Assembly (NCBI GenBank): GCA_028826165.1
Contig: JAPDFW010000081.1
Location: 124,001-188,000, forward strand
Length of the DNA: 64,000 bases
Direction of reading: 5' to 3'
DNA from: Anaeramoeba ignava BMAN
Lineage: Eukaryota; Protista; Anaeramoebae
Shown here: positions 27,074 to 40,300 of the stretch, in pieces
Numbering within the stretch: the stretch's first letter is position 1
Layout of the letters: every line of letters begins with the position of its first letter
The notes under the pieces: model-generated
Seen by the model: only the letters and a program-made list of their open reading frames with translations
The model's database searches: none
What the model was told of the DNA's origin: nothing
Program-made: the position numbers and the translations under genes

Positions 27074-27330
27074 AACTTAAAATTTAAAATTTAAAATTTA
27101 AAATTTGAAACTTAAAACTTAAAATTTGAAACTTAAAATTTAAAACTTAAAATTTAAAACTTAATTTAAAACTTGAAATTTGAAACTTGAAATTTAAAAC
27201 TTGAAATTTAAAAATTAAAAATTAAAAAAGTGGATCAAAATGAATTAAAAAATTTTTTCATTATTTTTTCATTTTTTTTTTTCATTTTTTTTTTCATTTT
27301 TTTGAAATAAAAAATAATTCAAATTCAAAA

Positions 27331-28138
27331 ATGACTGAAGCTTTAAAAGTTGAATATTGTCCTCATTGTAGATTACCACCTGAATATTGTCAATATGGAC
27401 CTTGTTTTTCTAAATGTAAAGTGTGGCTTGCTGAAATACATCCTGAAATTTTAGAGTCAATTAAAAATATTCCTAAACAAACAAAAAAAACAGAAGAAAA
27501 AACAGAAAAAAAAACGAAAAACACTTCAAATCAAGAAACTAAACAAGTTGAAAATAAAAAACTCATTCCAAACGAAGAAAAAGAAAAAGAAAAAGGAAAT
27601 ACAGTTAAAAATTTAATTTAAAAAATTTAATTTAAAAATTTTATTTAAAAAATTTTATTTAAAAAGGATGGAAAAATTATAATTTCAAGATCTCGTCGAG
27701 GAGGAAAAAAATTTATTACAATTATTGAAGGATTAAGTCAATTTGGTTTGTTTTGATTTTTTTAATTGAATTTAATTTAAATTTCAAAAAAAGAAAAGAA
27801 AAAAATTTTTTTTTAACTCATTTCTTATTATTATTATTTTTAAAAAAATAATAGAAGTTGATTTAAAAAAAGCTACAAAATTATTTGCGAATAAATTTTC
27901 ATGTGGTTGCAATATTGAAAAAGATTCAGATGATACAGTGTGTATTCAAGGAGATGTTCATTTTTCTCTTCCTGATGTTCTTTTGAAAGAATTTAAAATA
28001 CCAAAAACACAAATCCATTTAAATGAACAAATAACAAAAGCAAAGAAAAAATCCAAAAAGAATAAAAATAATGTTCCAAAGCATAAACAAAACCGAAAAA
28101 AACCAACAAGAAAAGAAAGATTAGCATCAAATAACTAA
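27331..28138 (+). CDS. DENR: Density-regulated protein / Tma22 (SUI1 domain); 3 exons
   Basis: VEYCPHCRLPPEYCQYG...CKVWL; exon 2 IIISRSRRGGKKFITIIEGL; exon 3 DLKKATKLFANKFSCGC...IQGDV. Confidence 0.92.
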
Positions 28139-28516
28139 AATTCATTTACAAAATTCATTTACAAAATTCATTTACAAAATTCATTTACAAAATTCATTTA
28201 CAAAATTAAAATTCATTTACAAAATTCATTTACAAAATTCAAATTCATTTACAAAATTAAAATTCAATTATAAAATTAAAATTAAAATTAAAATTAAAAT
28301 TAATTTACAAAATTAAAATTCAATTCAAATTCATTTACAAAATTAATTATAAAATTCATTTATAAAATTAAAATTCAAATTAAAATTCATTTATAAAATT
28401 TATTTTTAAAATTAAAATCAAAATAAAATCTAAAAAGAAATAATTGAACAGTTTTTCCTTTTTTTGTGTTTATTTTTTTTTTGTAATTTTTGTCTTTTGT
28501 AAAAAAACAAGAAAAG

Positions 28517-28547
<31 letters not shown>

Positions 28548-28569
28548 GAAAAAAAAGAAGAAAATCAAA

Positions 28570-31500
28570 TCACTTCTTTTTAACAGCAACTGTGTGTGTA
28601 ACGTTAACTGGAACAACACCAGTTCTAATAAAAGTGGAAGTTACTTGATGATGAACAATTTCTTCTGAATTTTGTTTTTTTGAATCCTCCCATTTTTCTT
28701 GTTCACGAATATGTTCCTGCATTTCAATTTCGCGTTCCATCCACATTTGTTTGTTTTGATGGAAACGGTCTGAATGATTTTGGGGAGAATTTTCATTATT
28801 AGTTTCAAGGGACGAATTAGGGGGAGCAACACCATCGAGATCATCCCAATTAGTTTCTGGATTAGAAGGAGGAGGAGGAGGATTGTTGGATCTTCTTTTG
28901 TGTCTCCAGATATAGAAGACGGTTGCGCCGACAGGAATGATTACAAGAAGAGAAAGTAAAAGAAGAGTATTGAAGGGGTTGTTGATGAAAGAAACGGAAT
29001 TTGATTCGGCAAGAACAGAGGAGTTGTTAGGATTCTCGAGAACAGTTCCGAGCTGGAGTGACGAGACGGCAACAGTGTATTGGACCTCGATGTCTTTGGT
29101 CTTGTCGAGATATGTGAAGGGATAGTCAACAGCAACTGGTTCTTGTGTAACCGCAAATGTTGTCCAGTCGATGAAAACTGGTTTGAGAACTTTGCGACGG
29201 AAAATATAAGTCGGTGTTGTTTGGGCTGTTAGTTCCAGTGTTGCTGAGGCGTGGAGTGTAATCGAGTGATCTTCTTTGTTTGTTTCTGAGGTGAGTGAAA
29301 TGGTGGTTGGTGTTCCTGGAGTGATGACGTAGGTAAACGGATTGGCGGTTGTTGTTGTGATTGGGACAGATGCTGACAGCGAATTGATTGTGTCGAATTC
29401 AAAGCTGGCTTGTGCCACGAATATGCGGTAATCGCCGTCGGGTGTGGCAATGATTTCTCCAGTTCCTTCGTAGCTCATTTCGGCGGTCATTGCGTAGGTG
29501 TCTCCAGGTGCTATGTCCATGTATGTTTTGATCATATAAGTGGTTCCGTTGTAAGTGGAAACCAAGATGGCGTCGAAAACTGTGTTGTAGAACTGGATGT
29601 TGGAAATGGATGGCGGGAAATAGAGATAGAAAGTCACATTGTAGGCAATGCTTGATCCCATGTTGACGATGGTGATATTGGAGGTGATTGTTCCAGCAAC
29701 GCCTTCCATAAGAACCTGACTTTCTAAAGGAAGTGAGGATGTCAATGAGCCGATTTCAGTAACCCAGAAGGTGATCAAGATGTTGGGTCCGAAAAGATCG
29801 AGATATCGCGGGCCTGTTGTTGATGTTTGTGGGTTGTTTTGGAAGTCGTTGTAGGTTAGAGTGGAGTTATAAGATGCGTAATTTTGGCCGTAATCGAGGT
29901 TTTTTGAATACCAAATGCATGCGAAGTAGAGATATGCCTGATCGGGTCCTGTTAAACGTTTGAGTGGGAATGTTTCGATCCAATCAAAATCAAATCCGAC
30001 TCGCATCACTCCATCAACAGGCAAGAAGAGTTGTGCATATATGGTTTGTGAAGCAGCATGATCCAAGTAGTTTAAGGCGGTAGAAAGACTTTGGTCTTGA
30101 ACAGAGAGTTGGCGCAGATTTTGGACTGCTGTAGCGTTGATGACTCCGTTGGTTTGATATTCCCAATTGCTGTCCATGTATTCGAACAACTTAATAGTTG
30201 ATGAATATCCACTTGTGAAGTATACATTCCCGTCTGCGTCAGGGAACCCAATCATCAGCGATGGGATTGAGAGATTGATGTGAAGATAAAGCAATGAGCC
30301 TAAATTGTGTGTGGCGTATTTTTCGCTGTTTTCGCCTTCTTGGTTGTATTTGTGTGGAGTGGAAGTGGTTTGTGTTGGATCGTTGTAGCAGGGGAGATAT
30401 TGGAAGTACTCGTTGTTTAAGGTCACGTTGAATTCGTGGAGCTTGCTGGTTACGTTTGCGTTTTCCTGGAATGTCTGATGTGATCTCCATAATGTAGTAA
30501 TATATTGCGTGATATCCATCCTTCACAGACGCAGCATTCAAACTGGCGCGATCGTAGAAACTAGTTGCAAATGAGGATGGATCGGGATGCGGATAGATAT
30601 TCATGTATCCCTCAAGTTCAGGAGGAACAATCACATCCATGAATTTGTATTCGGTGACATGCTGAACGTTTGTTGTCAATCGCTTCAAGAGATCGTTGGG
30701 ATTGATTGTGATGTTTTGGAAATCTTCGGAAACAATTGCGTCTTGATACAAGTCCCAGTCAAACCCTGCGTTGTTGATAAACTCGATTTTGGCAATTGTT
30801 TGTGTGCCTGCAGTCGGTTGAAGAATGGATACTGTTGATCCAATTCCAACTGTTACGCAGATGGTTGAATCAAAGAATCCGTAGCAGTTGGAATAAACAA
30901 GATCGCTATATTTGCGATCAATTTCAGGTGCGTCATAAAGCTCGAAAATCTGCATGATTCGAGAAAAGTTGTTGAGAATTGTGGATGCAGGAAGGGTTTC
31001 GAGATACAATGAGATGTGACTTGTTCGAGAGATGACTGAGCGACCGGGGTTACTTATAGAGATGTATGAATTGGGACCACCTGCAGGATTCCAATAAGTG
31101 AATGTTCCTCCCTCAAAGATCTGGGTGTTCAAACTTTCGTATGGTCGTCCAGAAAGTTGGCTCATTTTGAGAATAACATTGACAGTTTCCTTTGAGCCTC
31201 CTCGCAGATTCAATCCGAAATAGAGATAATCGCGCGGTGTTTCTGTGTAAACAACGTTGGGCACTTGCGAGGAAGTTATTGAATCATATTCACTGGCAAT
31301 TTCACATGAGAAATTGGTGAGTCGTGGATCGTTTGTGGTGAATGAGGGATCAATAGGAACAACATTAACTCTGTAAACATTTGAGAGATATGTTTTGCGT
31401 GTGATGCGATTTCCGACATTTAATCTCCAAGGATTGAACTTGCAAGTGTAATAGTTTTTGAGTGCTTCAGTGGTGAGGTTAAGACCCGATACTTGGGAAG

Positions 31501-34500
31501 TCACATTCTTAAGATATTGGAGTCGAATCCATCCGTAAGTGTATCCTGGAAGAGTAAGATCATCGCCATTAACTGATATGGAATGAGACTCGTCTTGACC
31601 CACAAGAACAGTGTCATCGCGATTTCCAAGATTGTCTGAGAACCACCCAGAATAAGGCAAAGTAAGAGGATTTGTGTTACTTGACGAATAAGTAATGGAA
31701 TACAAAAGACCCTTCCAAATCGGGAAAGAAAGAAGATTCTGAGGACGCAGAACAGGTTGGTCGATGTTGGGAAGAACGTTGTCCATGTGATATGGGAAAT
31801 CCTTTGCTAATGGCTGTTTGGTCGTAATCGGAATTTGTCATATCCCACATGTCTTGAGTAACGTATGAATCTGGATAGAAATTCTGCACATTAGGCGCGT
31901 AATTCCAGGTTGTTGTTAAGTTGTTTGTGCGTGCAGTCAGCATAGGAAGAGACAAACTTACGTTCTGACAGGAATCGTTCTGTGATTGATAGTCTTGCTC
32001 AGTGCACAACCGAAGATAATAAATGTCGGTTTGTTGTTGGGAATCTAACTGATCTCCAGAAAGATAGACGCTTCCATCAGTTGGTTCTGAATAGCACACA
32101 CCATATTGAGCAGAGGCGGTTTGTGAAACATAGTTATCAATAGAATCATCATTGATCAAAAGTGTGGAATTGATTGTTGAATCGTAGAATTTGGGCACGT
32201 ATTGCTCATACTTGTTAAATTCCCAGTAATTGTTGGATGAGCATACTGTCGGATCAAAGAATTTCGGGAAATTGTTTGTAAGCTTCATTTTCACAATAAC
32301 ACTCGCGTATTCGCTTGTTAACCAAATAAACTGTGGTTCACCTGAGGGTTGCGCAAGTTGGAAGGTTGTTGTGAGTAAGAAGCTCTTTGATGGAGGTGGT
32401 GAAGGAGACATCGAGACAAACATTGTCTGAATTGGCTGCACCCATCTCCTTCCGAAAATATCTGTCCATTCCAATCGAGTTGTTTGGCTGCAGGATGCCA
32501 TCATTCTGCTTGATGAAGAGGTGAGATATTGTTGAACAGGGATTGTCGAAGTTCCCAGTTGTGTCATACTTGTGAAAGACGAACTCGAAACAACCATTGA
32601 TGGTTCTTCTGTGGGATGCAATTCCATAATTCCGTAGACTGATCTATGCATTTTGAGTTCTTGCATATACACTCCAAAATTAACAAATGGTTGCAAATAT
32701 TCGTTGGGGTTCACGTATGATTCGTTTGAATAAGTTCCGCGATGCAGCACAAACTTGAATTTCATAGCGGGAAGAGAAAGATATGCTGTGCGAGAAATTG
32801 ATATTGATTTGGTGCTACTGAGTGTGTACTGCTCAAATGCTGGTGTGGTTGTGAGATTGTAGATCATGCCCCACACTTGCATATCCAAAGAAAGGACATC
32901 CGGACTTGTGATGTTCTCAATGTTGATCTGTATCTTGTTTATGCTTGAAATGTCTTGGTTGGTGATGTTCCCTCGCTTGAACATAATCACATACGTGAAA
33001 TTTTCTGTGTAGTATTGAACATCATAAATCGCCGCTTCATCACAAGAGAATGTGATTGCCTGTGTGTAGTTTGTTCCGGACCTAAACTGAACAGTATTAC
33101 TTAAATTGAGAACAATCATACCTCCTTTCTGTGTTGCATATCCATCCATTTCGGCAACAACTCCGTGAGCATACACAAACTGGATTTCTGGGTATTCAGC
33201 ATATGATCCATTCTCGTCAAAATACATAAGATCTGCGACAATTGTATCGTTGCTTGCGAAAGGCACCAAATAATGTGTGATTTCAACATCTTCTGAGTCG
33301 ACAAAATCTGTGTAAAATGTCTTGACCCGATCGCAATTCATCAATATCTCATTGGAATATTGGTTTGCACTCAATCCAGGATATTGAGTTGAATCGAAAA
33401 AATCCTGGAACCATCACCTCTGCAGCAGCATTGTTCAATCCAGGTGTGCAATTTCCTGTGGGAGAAGGATATCGGTCAATAGTGATGACTGTGTTGCTGT
33501 CTGTGATTCCTTCAGGAAGAGGAACAGTATCAGATTCGAAGAAGTATATATCATTTCGAACAAAGGTGAGGTTGGCTTTGGAATAGTTCTTTCCAGGAAC
33601 TGGGTTGCTGATATTCTCTACTGCTCCATAAAATTCAAGAGAGCCTTCGATTGTTGTTAAATCACAGAAAACAAGCAGTCTTTGTGTTGCGATATCGTAA
33701 TAGACATCTGCATCTGGAGCATAAGTTTGGCGAACAACAGTGCCAACAGATTCAATGTTTGTCTGATAAAATGCGTTTTCGATGTCCGAAAGTGAATATC
33801 CAAGAGAAGTGTTGTATTCCCAGAGATCTTTGTGGATTTTCACAGTTGTGTCCCAATCCACAGCAAGAATGGAGTGAGCACCTGCAAGGCTTGGATAGAA
33901 TAACAAGTCAAACTCTCCTTCAGAAGTAAACGGAAAGATGAATGGAGTGCCTGCACTTCCTGTTTGATAATAAGTCCAGTCAAGAACAATTTCATGTGTG
34001 ATTACTCCCTGTTGACTGCCATCGAGTAATGGAGAAATCAAAGGAACAAAAGCGTAATGCACAACATCTGTAGCAACTGTGTTTTCTTTGTTATTCATGT
34101 TGAGTGTGTTTTGCACGTAGTTTCCTGATCCTTGCAGCGGATATGTTGATGATGGAGAAGGATTACTATCTGTACGCAATACAGCTGCTGCTTTGGTATT
34201 GAAATACACACCGCCGATATTGTAGAATCGTGACTGATTGGAAGGAACATCAAAGTATTCATAAGAATTGTACAACATCATAAGTGAATAGAGTCCCTGA
34301 GTGACTAATGGGTCATACACATGGAAGGTGACTGTGAAATTCTGTGAAGAGATCGGCGCAATATCAGCAGAGCAATTAAGATAAATGGATCCATTCAATT
34401 TGGATGAAGGAAGACTTGTGTAATTGTATCCAAATTCGCACTCTTCAGGAATATCCACCCATTCAATACCTTTGACCAAGAATGTGTAGAAACGGAATCC

Positions 34501-36275
34501 TTCCAAAGTAGATGAGAACAAGTTTCGATAGTTCAAATCAATGGTCAAAGAAAACGATTCCAATGCGGGAATGCTGTATTCTGAGTCAGGAATGAAAACC
34601 TGGAGAATCACAGGACGTGCAAAAGCAAGATAGTACATATTGTACCACCATTGATATGAACTTGATGTGAGTGCTGGTGCTCCTATTGTCATCAGTATCT
34701 GGCCATGCCCATATTTCTTGTACATTTGCAAAACATAATTGTCACTTGGAACGTGTGGAACAGTTCTTAGCCAACCTTGTGAGTCTTTGTACATCAAACT
34801 TGTGCTAACAGGATCGATTCTTGTTAAAACCTGGATATCAGGATCAGGAGTTGGTACGCTAGGCATGTAGGCAAACAAGAACCCCATTTTGCTTACTGTT
34901 CCGTTTGAAGTTGCAAAGCAAAGAGTAGTATGCAAGAACTCCATTTCGTCATCTGTTTCTGTGGCTGTGCAATTTTGAACAAATACCGGATCTGTATACT
35001 GTGATATGTATCCGTAAGTTAAGTTGAAAGTGCCTGGCGAAAGAAGCCCAAGTAATTCAAGCAAATATGGTCCTTTTCCACTTGAAACCACGTATCCTCC
35101 ATTTTCAATATAAGTTTCAAGGTTTTGAAGCGTTGATGAGTTGAATCCACCTGCTGTTTGGTTTTCAGTTCCTGAAACAAGATCAGGGAACACAATCAAG
35201 CTGAATTGGTTCAATCTTCCCAAGTAGATATCATCAGGAGTGAGATATAAGAATTTGGTTGAGCCAATGTAAGGGTATCCCAAACTAATCCATTGAGCCT
35301 ATTAAATGCAACAAACCAATTAATTAATTAATTAAAAAATACAAATAAAAATAAAAATAAAAATAATTTACATAAGTTAAACACTGAGTATATTTGCCTA
35401 AATAAACCCTCAAACTGTCACAATAATAAGCTCCTTCATAAGCAAGATTCTGGGTATATCCATTAAACTAAAAAAAAATAGATTAAAAATTAAATTTGAA
35501 TTTGAATTAATGAAAATTGTTTTGCTTTATTTACCAATCCTTCATATCGGAAAACTGCCAGATCTCCATCAAAAATTGCTTTCGATTTGGAAATGTTTAA
35601 TGTGTCAACTACATCATAATAGATGAAATAATTCGCTTCATCAGATGGATTTGGCATACCAGATGTATCAATATTGATAATTGCTCCTTGATCAAATTCT
35701 ATTGTTTCCTTTATTTTTCAAAAATCCAAAAAAAAAAAAAAAAAGCGAAAAAAAAAAAGCGAAAAAATTTTTCGTAATTATTACTCAAAAAAAAATAAAA
35801 TTAATAATTTTATTAATTTTAACTTACATTATCAATAGTATGACTAAATGGATAAGGATAAAGAATAAAACGTGAATTATATTTAGAAATGCGCAGAAAA
35901 ACATATTCATAAGCTTGTCTATTTTAGGGGTGAAAAAAAAATTAAAGGAAAAAAAAATCGAATTAAAAAATTAAAAGGAAAAAAATATTTCTGAATTAAT
36001 TCTTACTGTATGCAACTGGAATTTTGCAACGGACCAAAGGGAATTATTGCTGGCTGCATTAATTGGTTGTCAGTTAAACCTTTTTGTGTTTTTTGTACGT
36101 GTTTGTGAGGAATATAATTGAATTTGTATTCATGTTTTTTAGGTTCTGGATTTTCAATTTGCTGTTCATATAATTTTTGATAATTCAATTCATTTAAAAC
36201 ATCTTCAATTTCCCCTCCAAGAGTCGATGAGAGGAAGAAAAGCACTAAAATCAAAGCTAAAATCTTGTTTCGCAT
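28570..36275 (-). CDS. ~2,450-aa type I membrane/surface protein of unknown function; 4 short 5' exons, then a 6.7-kb exon with three apparent +1 frameshifts
   Basis: Signal peptide MRNKILALILVLFFLSSTLG; GT-AG exons lead in frame into ORF 35283; four consecutive overlapping minus-strand ORFs of the same composition (many N-x-S/T sites); single TM (LLLLSLLVIIPVGATVFYIW), then RHKRR and a Pro-rich tail. Confidence 0.8.
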
Positions 36276-37399
36276 CTGCAAAAAAAAATTTGGAAAAACA
36301 AAAAAAAACAGAAAAAGTAATTAAAAAAAAAAGTAAAAATCACAAATAATTTTGAAGTAAAAAAAAAACAAAACAAAACAAAGTTGTGATAAAAAGAAAA
36401 GAAAAAATTAAAAGAAAAAAAATGAATTAATTTTGTTTGTTTTTTTTTTTTTAATTAAAAAATTTTTTTTTTTTTTAATTTTTTATAATTAAAATTTTTT
36501 AAAAAATTACTTAATTGTAAATTTAATTAATTTTGGTTTATTTAGTTTGTTTTAATTTATTTTAAATTAATAAATTTTTTTTAATTAGAAAAAGATCAAT
36601 AAAAAAAAAAGAAGAAAGAAAAATAAATTAATTAAAAAAAATTTAATTTAAAAATAAAAACAATTTTTTTGATTGTTATTTGAACTTTTTTTTTCTTTTA
36701 AAATAAATAAAATAAATTAAAAAAATATTTATTTATTAATAATCTTTTTCTTTTATTTGCTTTGTTGTTATTTTTATTTATTTATTTTAGTCTTCAATTT
36801 ATTTATTTAATTTTTTATCATTTTTCATTTATTAATTATTGACATTTTTTATTTAAAATAATATCGATCAATTGATCGGCTTGATAAGAATACAGTTTTA
36901 TTTTTAATTTATGGGATATTTATTTGATCGGAATTTTTCAATTTTTTTTTTTAAATTAAGAATTTTAAATTAAATTTTATTTTAAATTCGTTAATTCAGT
37001 TCTTTTTTTAAATTTTTTTTTTAATTAAAAAAACAAAAACAAAAAAAAAAGAAAATCCAAAAAATTTTTTCCACTTTTTTTTTTTTTAACCCAAAAACAA
37101 AAAACAAAAAACAAAAACAAAAACAAAAATTTCAATTTAATTTCAATTTAATTTCTTTACAAAGATCACTTTTTTCTCAATTAAATTTAAATTAATTTTA
37201 AATTGAAATTTAATTTTCTATTTTTTTGATCAAATTCGTTAAAATTAAGAAATTAAAATAAAAAACAAAAAAAAAGGAAAAAAGAAAAATTTCCTTTTTT
37301 AAAATTTAAATTAATTTACTTACTTATTTTAATTATGATTGTTATTATAAATTGAACTATCCAAAATTATTCTCCTTTTTATTTAAAAAATTTTGATCA

Positions 37400-40300
37400 A
37401 TTTATTATATTTAAAAAATTAATAGATTTTAAATTAATATTTACTTATAAATTAATTCTAAAAATATAATTAATTAATATTTATAATTAAATACTTATAA
37501 TTAATATTTAATTTTATTTATATTTTATTATTAAATATTTTTAATTAAATTTATATTTAAAAATTAATAGATTTAAATTAATATTTACTTATAAATTAAC
37601 TATAAAATTATAATTAATTAATATTTATAATTAAATATTTGTAATTAATAATTAATTATATTTATATTTTATTATTAAATATTTTTAATTAAATTTTTAT
37701 TTAAAAAATTAATAGTTTTAAATTAATATTTACTTATAAACTAATTATAAAATTATAATTAATTAATATTTATAATTAAATACTTATAATTAATAATTGA
37801 TTTTATTTATATTTTATTATTAAATATTTTTAATTAAATTTATATTTAAAAAATTAATAGATTTAAATTAATATTTAATTATAAATTAATTCTAAAATTA
37901 TAATTTATTAATATTTATAATTAAATAATTATAATTAATAATTAATTTTATTTATAATTTATTATTAAATATTTTTAATTAAATTTATATTTAAAAAATC
38001 AATAGTTTTAAATTAATATTTAATTATAAATTAATTCTAAAAATATAATTAATTAATATTTATAATTAATACTTAATTCAAAAACTATTTAATTTTATTT
38101 ATATTTTATTATTAAATATTTTTAATTAAATTTTTATTTAAAAAAATTAATAGATTTAAATTAATATTTAATTATAAATTAATTATAAAATTATAATTAA
38201 TTAATATTTATAATTAAATATTTATAATTAATAATTAATTTTATTTATATTTTATTATTAAATATTTTTAATTTAATTTATATTTAAAAAATTAATAGTT
38301 TTAAATTAATATTTAATTATAAATTAATTCTAAAAATATAATTAATTAATATTTATAATTAAATATTTATAATTATTAATTAATTTTATTTATATTTTAT
38401 TATTAAATATTTTTAATTAAATTTATATTTAAAAAATTAATAGATTTAAATTAATATTTAATTATAAATTAATTCTAAAATTATAATTAATTAATATTTA
38501 TAATTAAATATTTATAATTAATAATTAATTTTATTTATATTTTTATTATTAAATATTTTTAATTAAATTTATATTTAAAAAATTAATAGATTTAAATTAA
38601 TATTTAATTATAAATTAATTCTAAAATTATAATTTATTAATATTTATAATTAAATATTTATAATTAATAATTAATTTTGTTTATATTTTATTATTAAATA
38701 TTTTTAATTAATTATATTTAAAAAAATTAATAGTTTTAAATTAATATTTAATTATAAATTAATTCTAAAATTATAATTTATTAATATTTATAATTAAATA
38801 TTTATAATTAATAATTAATTTTATTTATATTTTATTATTAAATATTTTTAATTTAATTTATATTTAAAAATTAATAGTTTTAAATTAATATTTACTTTAT
38901 AAATTAATTCTAAAATTATAATTAATTAATATTTATAATTAAATATTTATAATTAATAATTAATTTTATTTATATTTTATTATTAAATATTTTTAATTAA
39001 ATTTATATTTAAAAAATTAATAAATTTAAATTAATATTTAATTATAAATTAATTCTAAAATTATAATTTATTAATATTTATAATTAAATATTTATAATTA
39101 ATAATTGATTTTATTTATATTTTATTATTAAATATTTTTAATTAATATTATATTTAAAAAATTAATAGTTTTAAATTAATATTTAATTATAAATTAATTA
39201 TAAAATTATAATTTATTAATAATTATAATTAAATACTTATAATTAATAATTAATTTTATTTATATTTTATTATTAAATATTTTTAATTAAATTTATATTT
39301 AAAAAAATTAATAGATTTTAAATTAATATTTAATTATAAATTAATTCTAAAATTATAATTAATTAATATTTATAATTAAATATTTATAATTAATAATTAA
39401 TTTTATTTATATTTTATTATTAAATATTTTTAATTAAATTTTTATTTAAAAATTAATAGATTTAAATTAATATTTAATTATAAATTAATTCTAAAATTAT
39501 AATTTAATTAATATTTATAATTAAATATTTATAATTAATAATTAATTTTGTTTATATTTTATTATTAAATATTTTTAATTAAATTTATATTTAAAAATTA
39601 ATAGATTTAAATTAATATTTAATTATAAATTAATTCTAAAATTATAATTTACTAATATTTATAATTAAATAATTATAATTAATAATTAATTTTGTTTATA
39701 TTTTATTATTAAATATTTTTAATTAAATTTATATTTAAAAATTAATAGATTTAAATTAATATTTACTTATAAATTAATTCTAAAATTATACTTAATTAAT
39801 ATTTATAATTAAATATTTTTAATTAATAATTAATTTTATTTATATTTTATTATTAAATATTTTTAATTAAATTTATATTTAAAAAATTAATAGATTTAAA
39901 TTAATATTTACTTATAAATTAATTCTAAAAATATAATTAATAAATATTTATAATTAATACTTAATTCAAAACTATTTAATTTTATTTATATTTTATTATT
40001 AAATATTTTTAATTAAATTTATATTTAAAAAATTAATAGATTTAAATTAATATTTACTTATAAATTAATTCTAAAAATATAATTAATTAATATTTATAAT
40101 TAAATACTTATAATTATTATTTAATTTTATTTATATTTTATTTAATATTTTTAATTAAATTTATATTTAAAAATTAATAGATTTAAATTAATATTTAATT
40201 ATAAATTAATTCTAAAAATATAATTAATTAATATTTATAATTAAATACTTATAATTAATAATTGATTTTATTTATATTTTATTATTAAATATTTTAATTA

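Noticed and set aside
28570-35283. Four separate genes or a prokaryotic operon
   Set aside because: The ORFs overlap with single-base frame offsets, only the first spliced exon has a signal peptide and only the last ORF has a TM anchor; one gene is more parsimonious.
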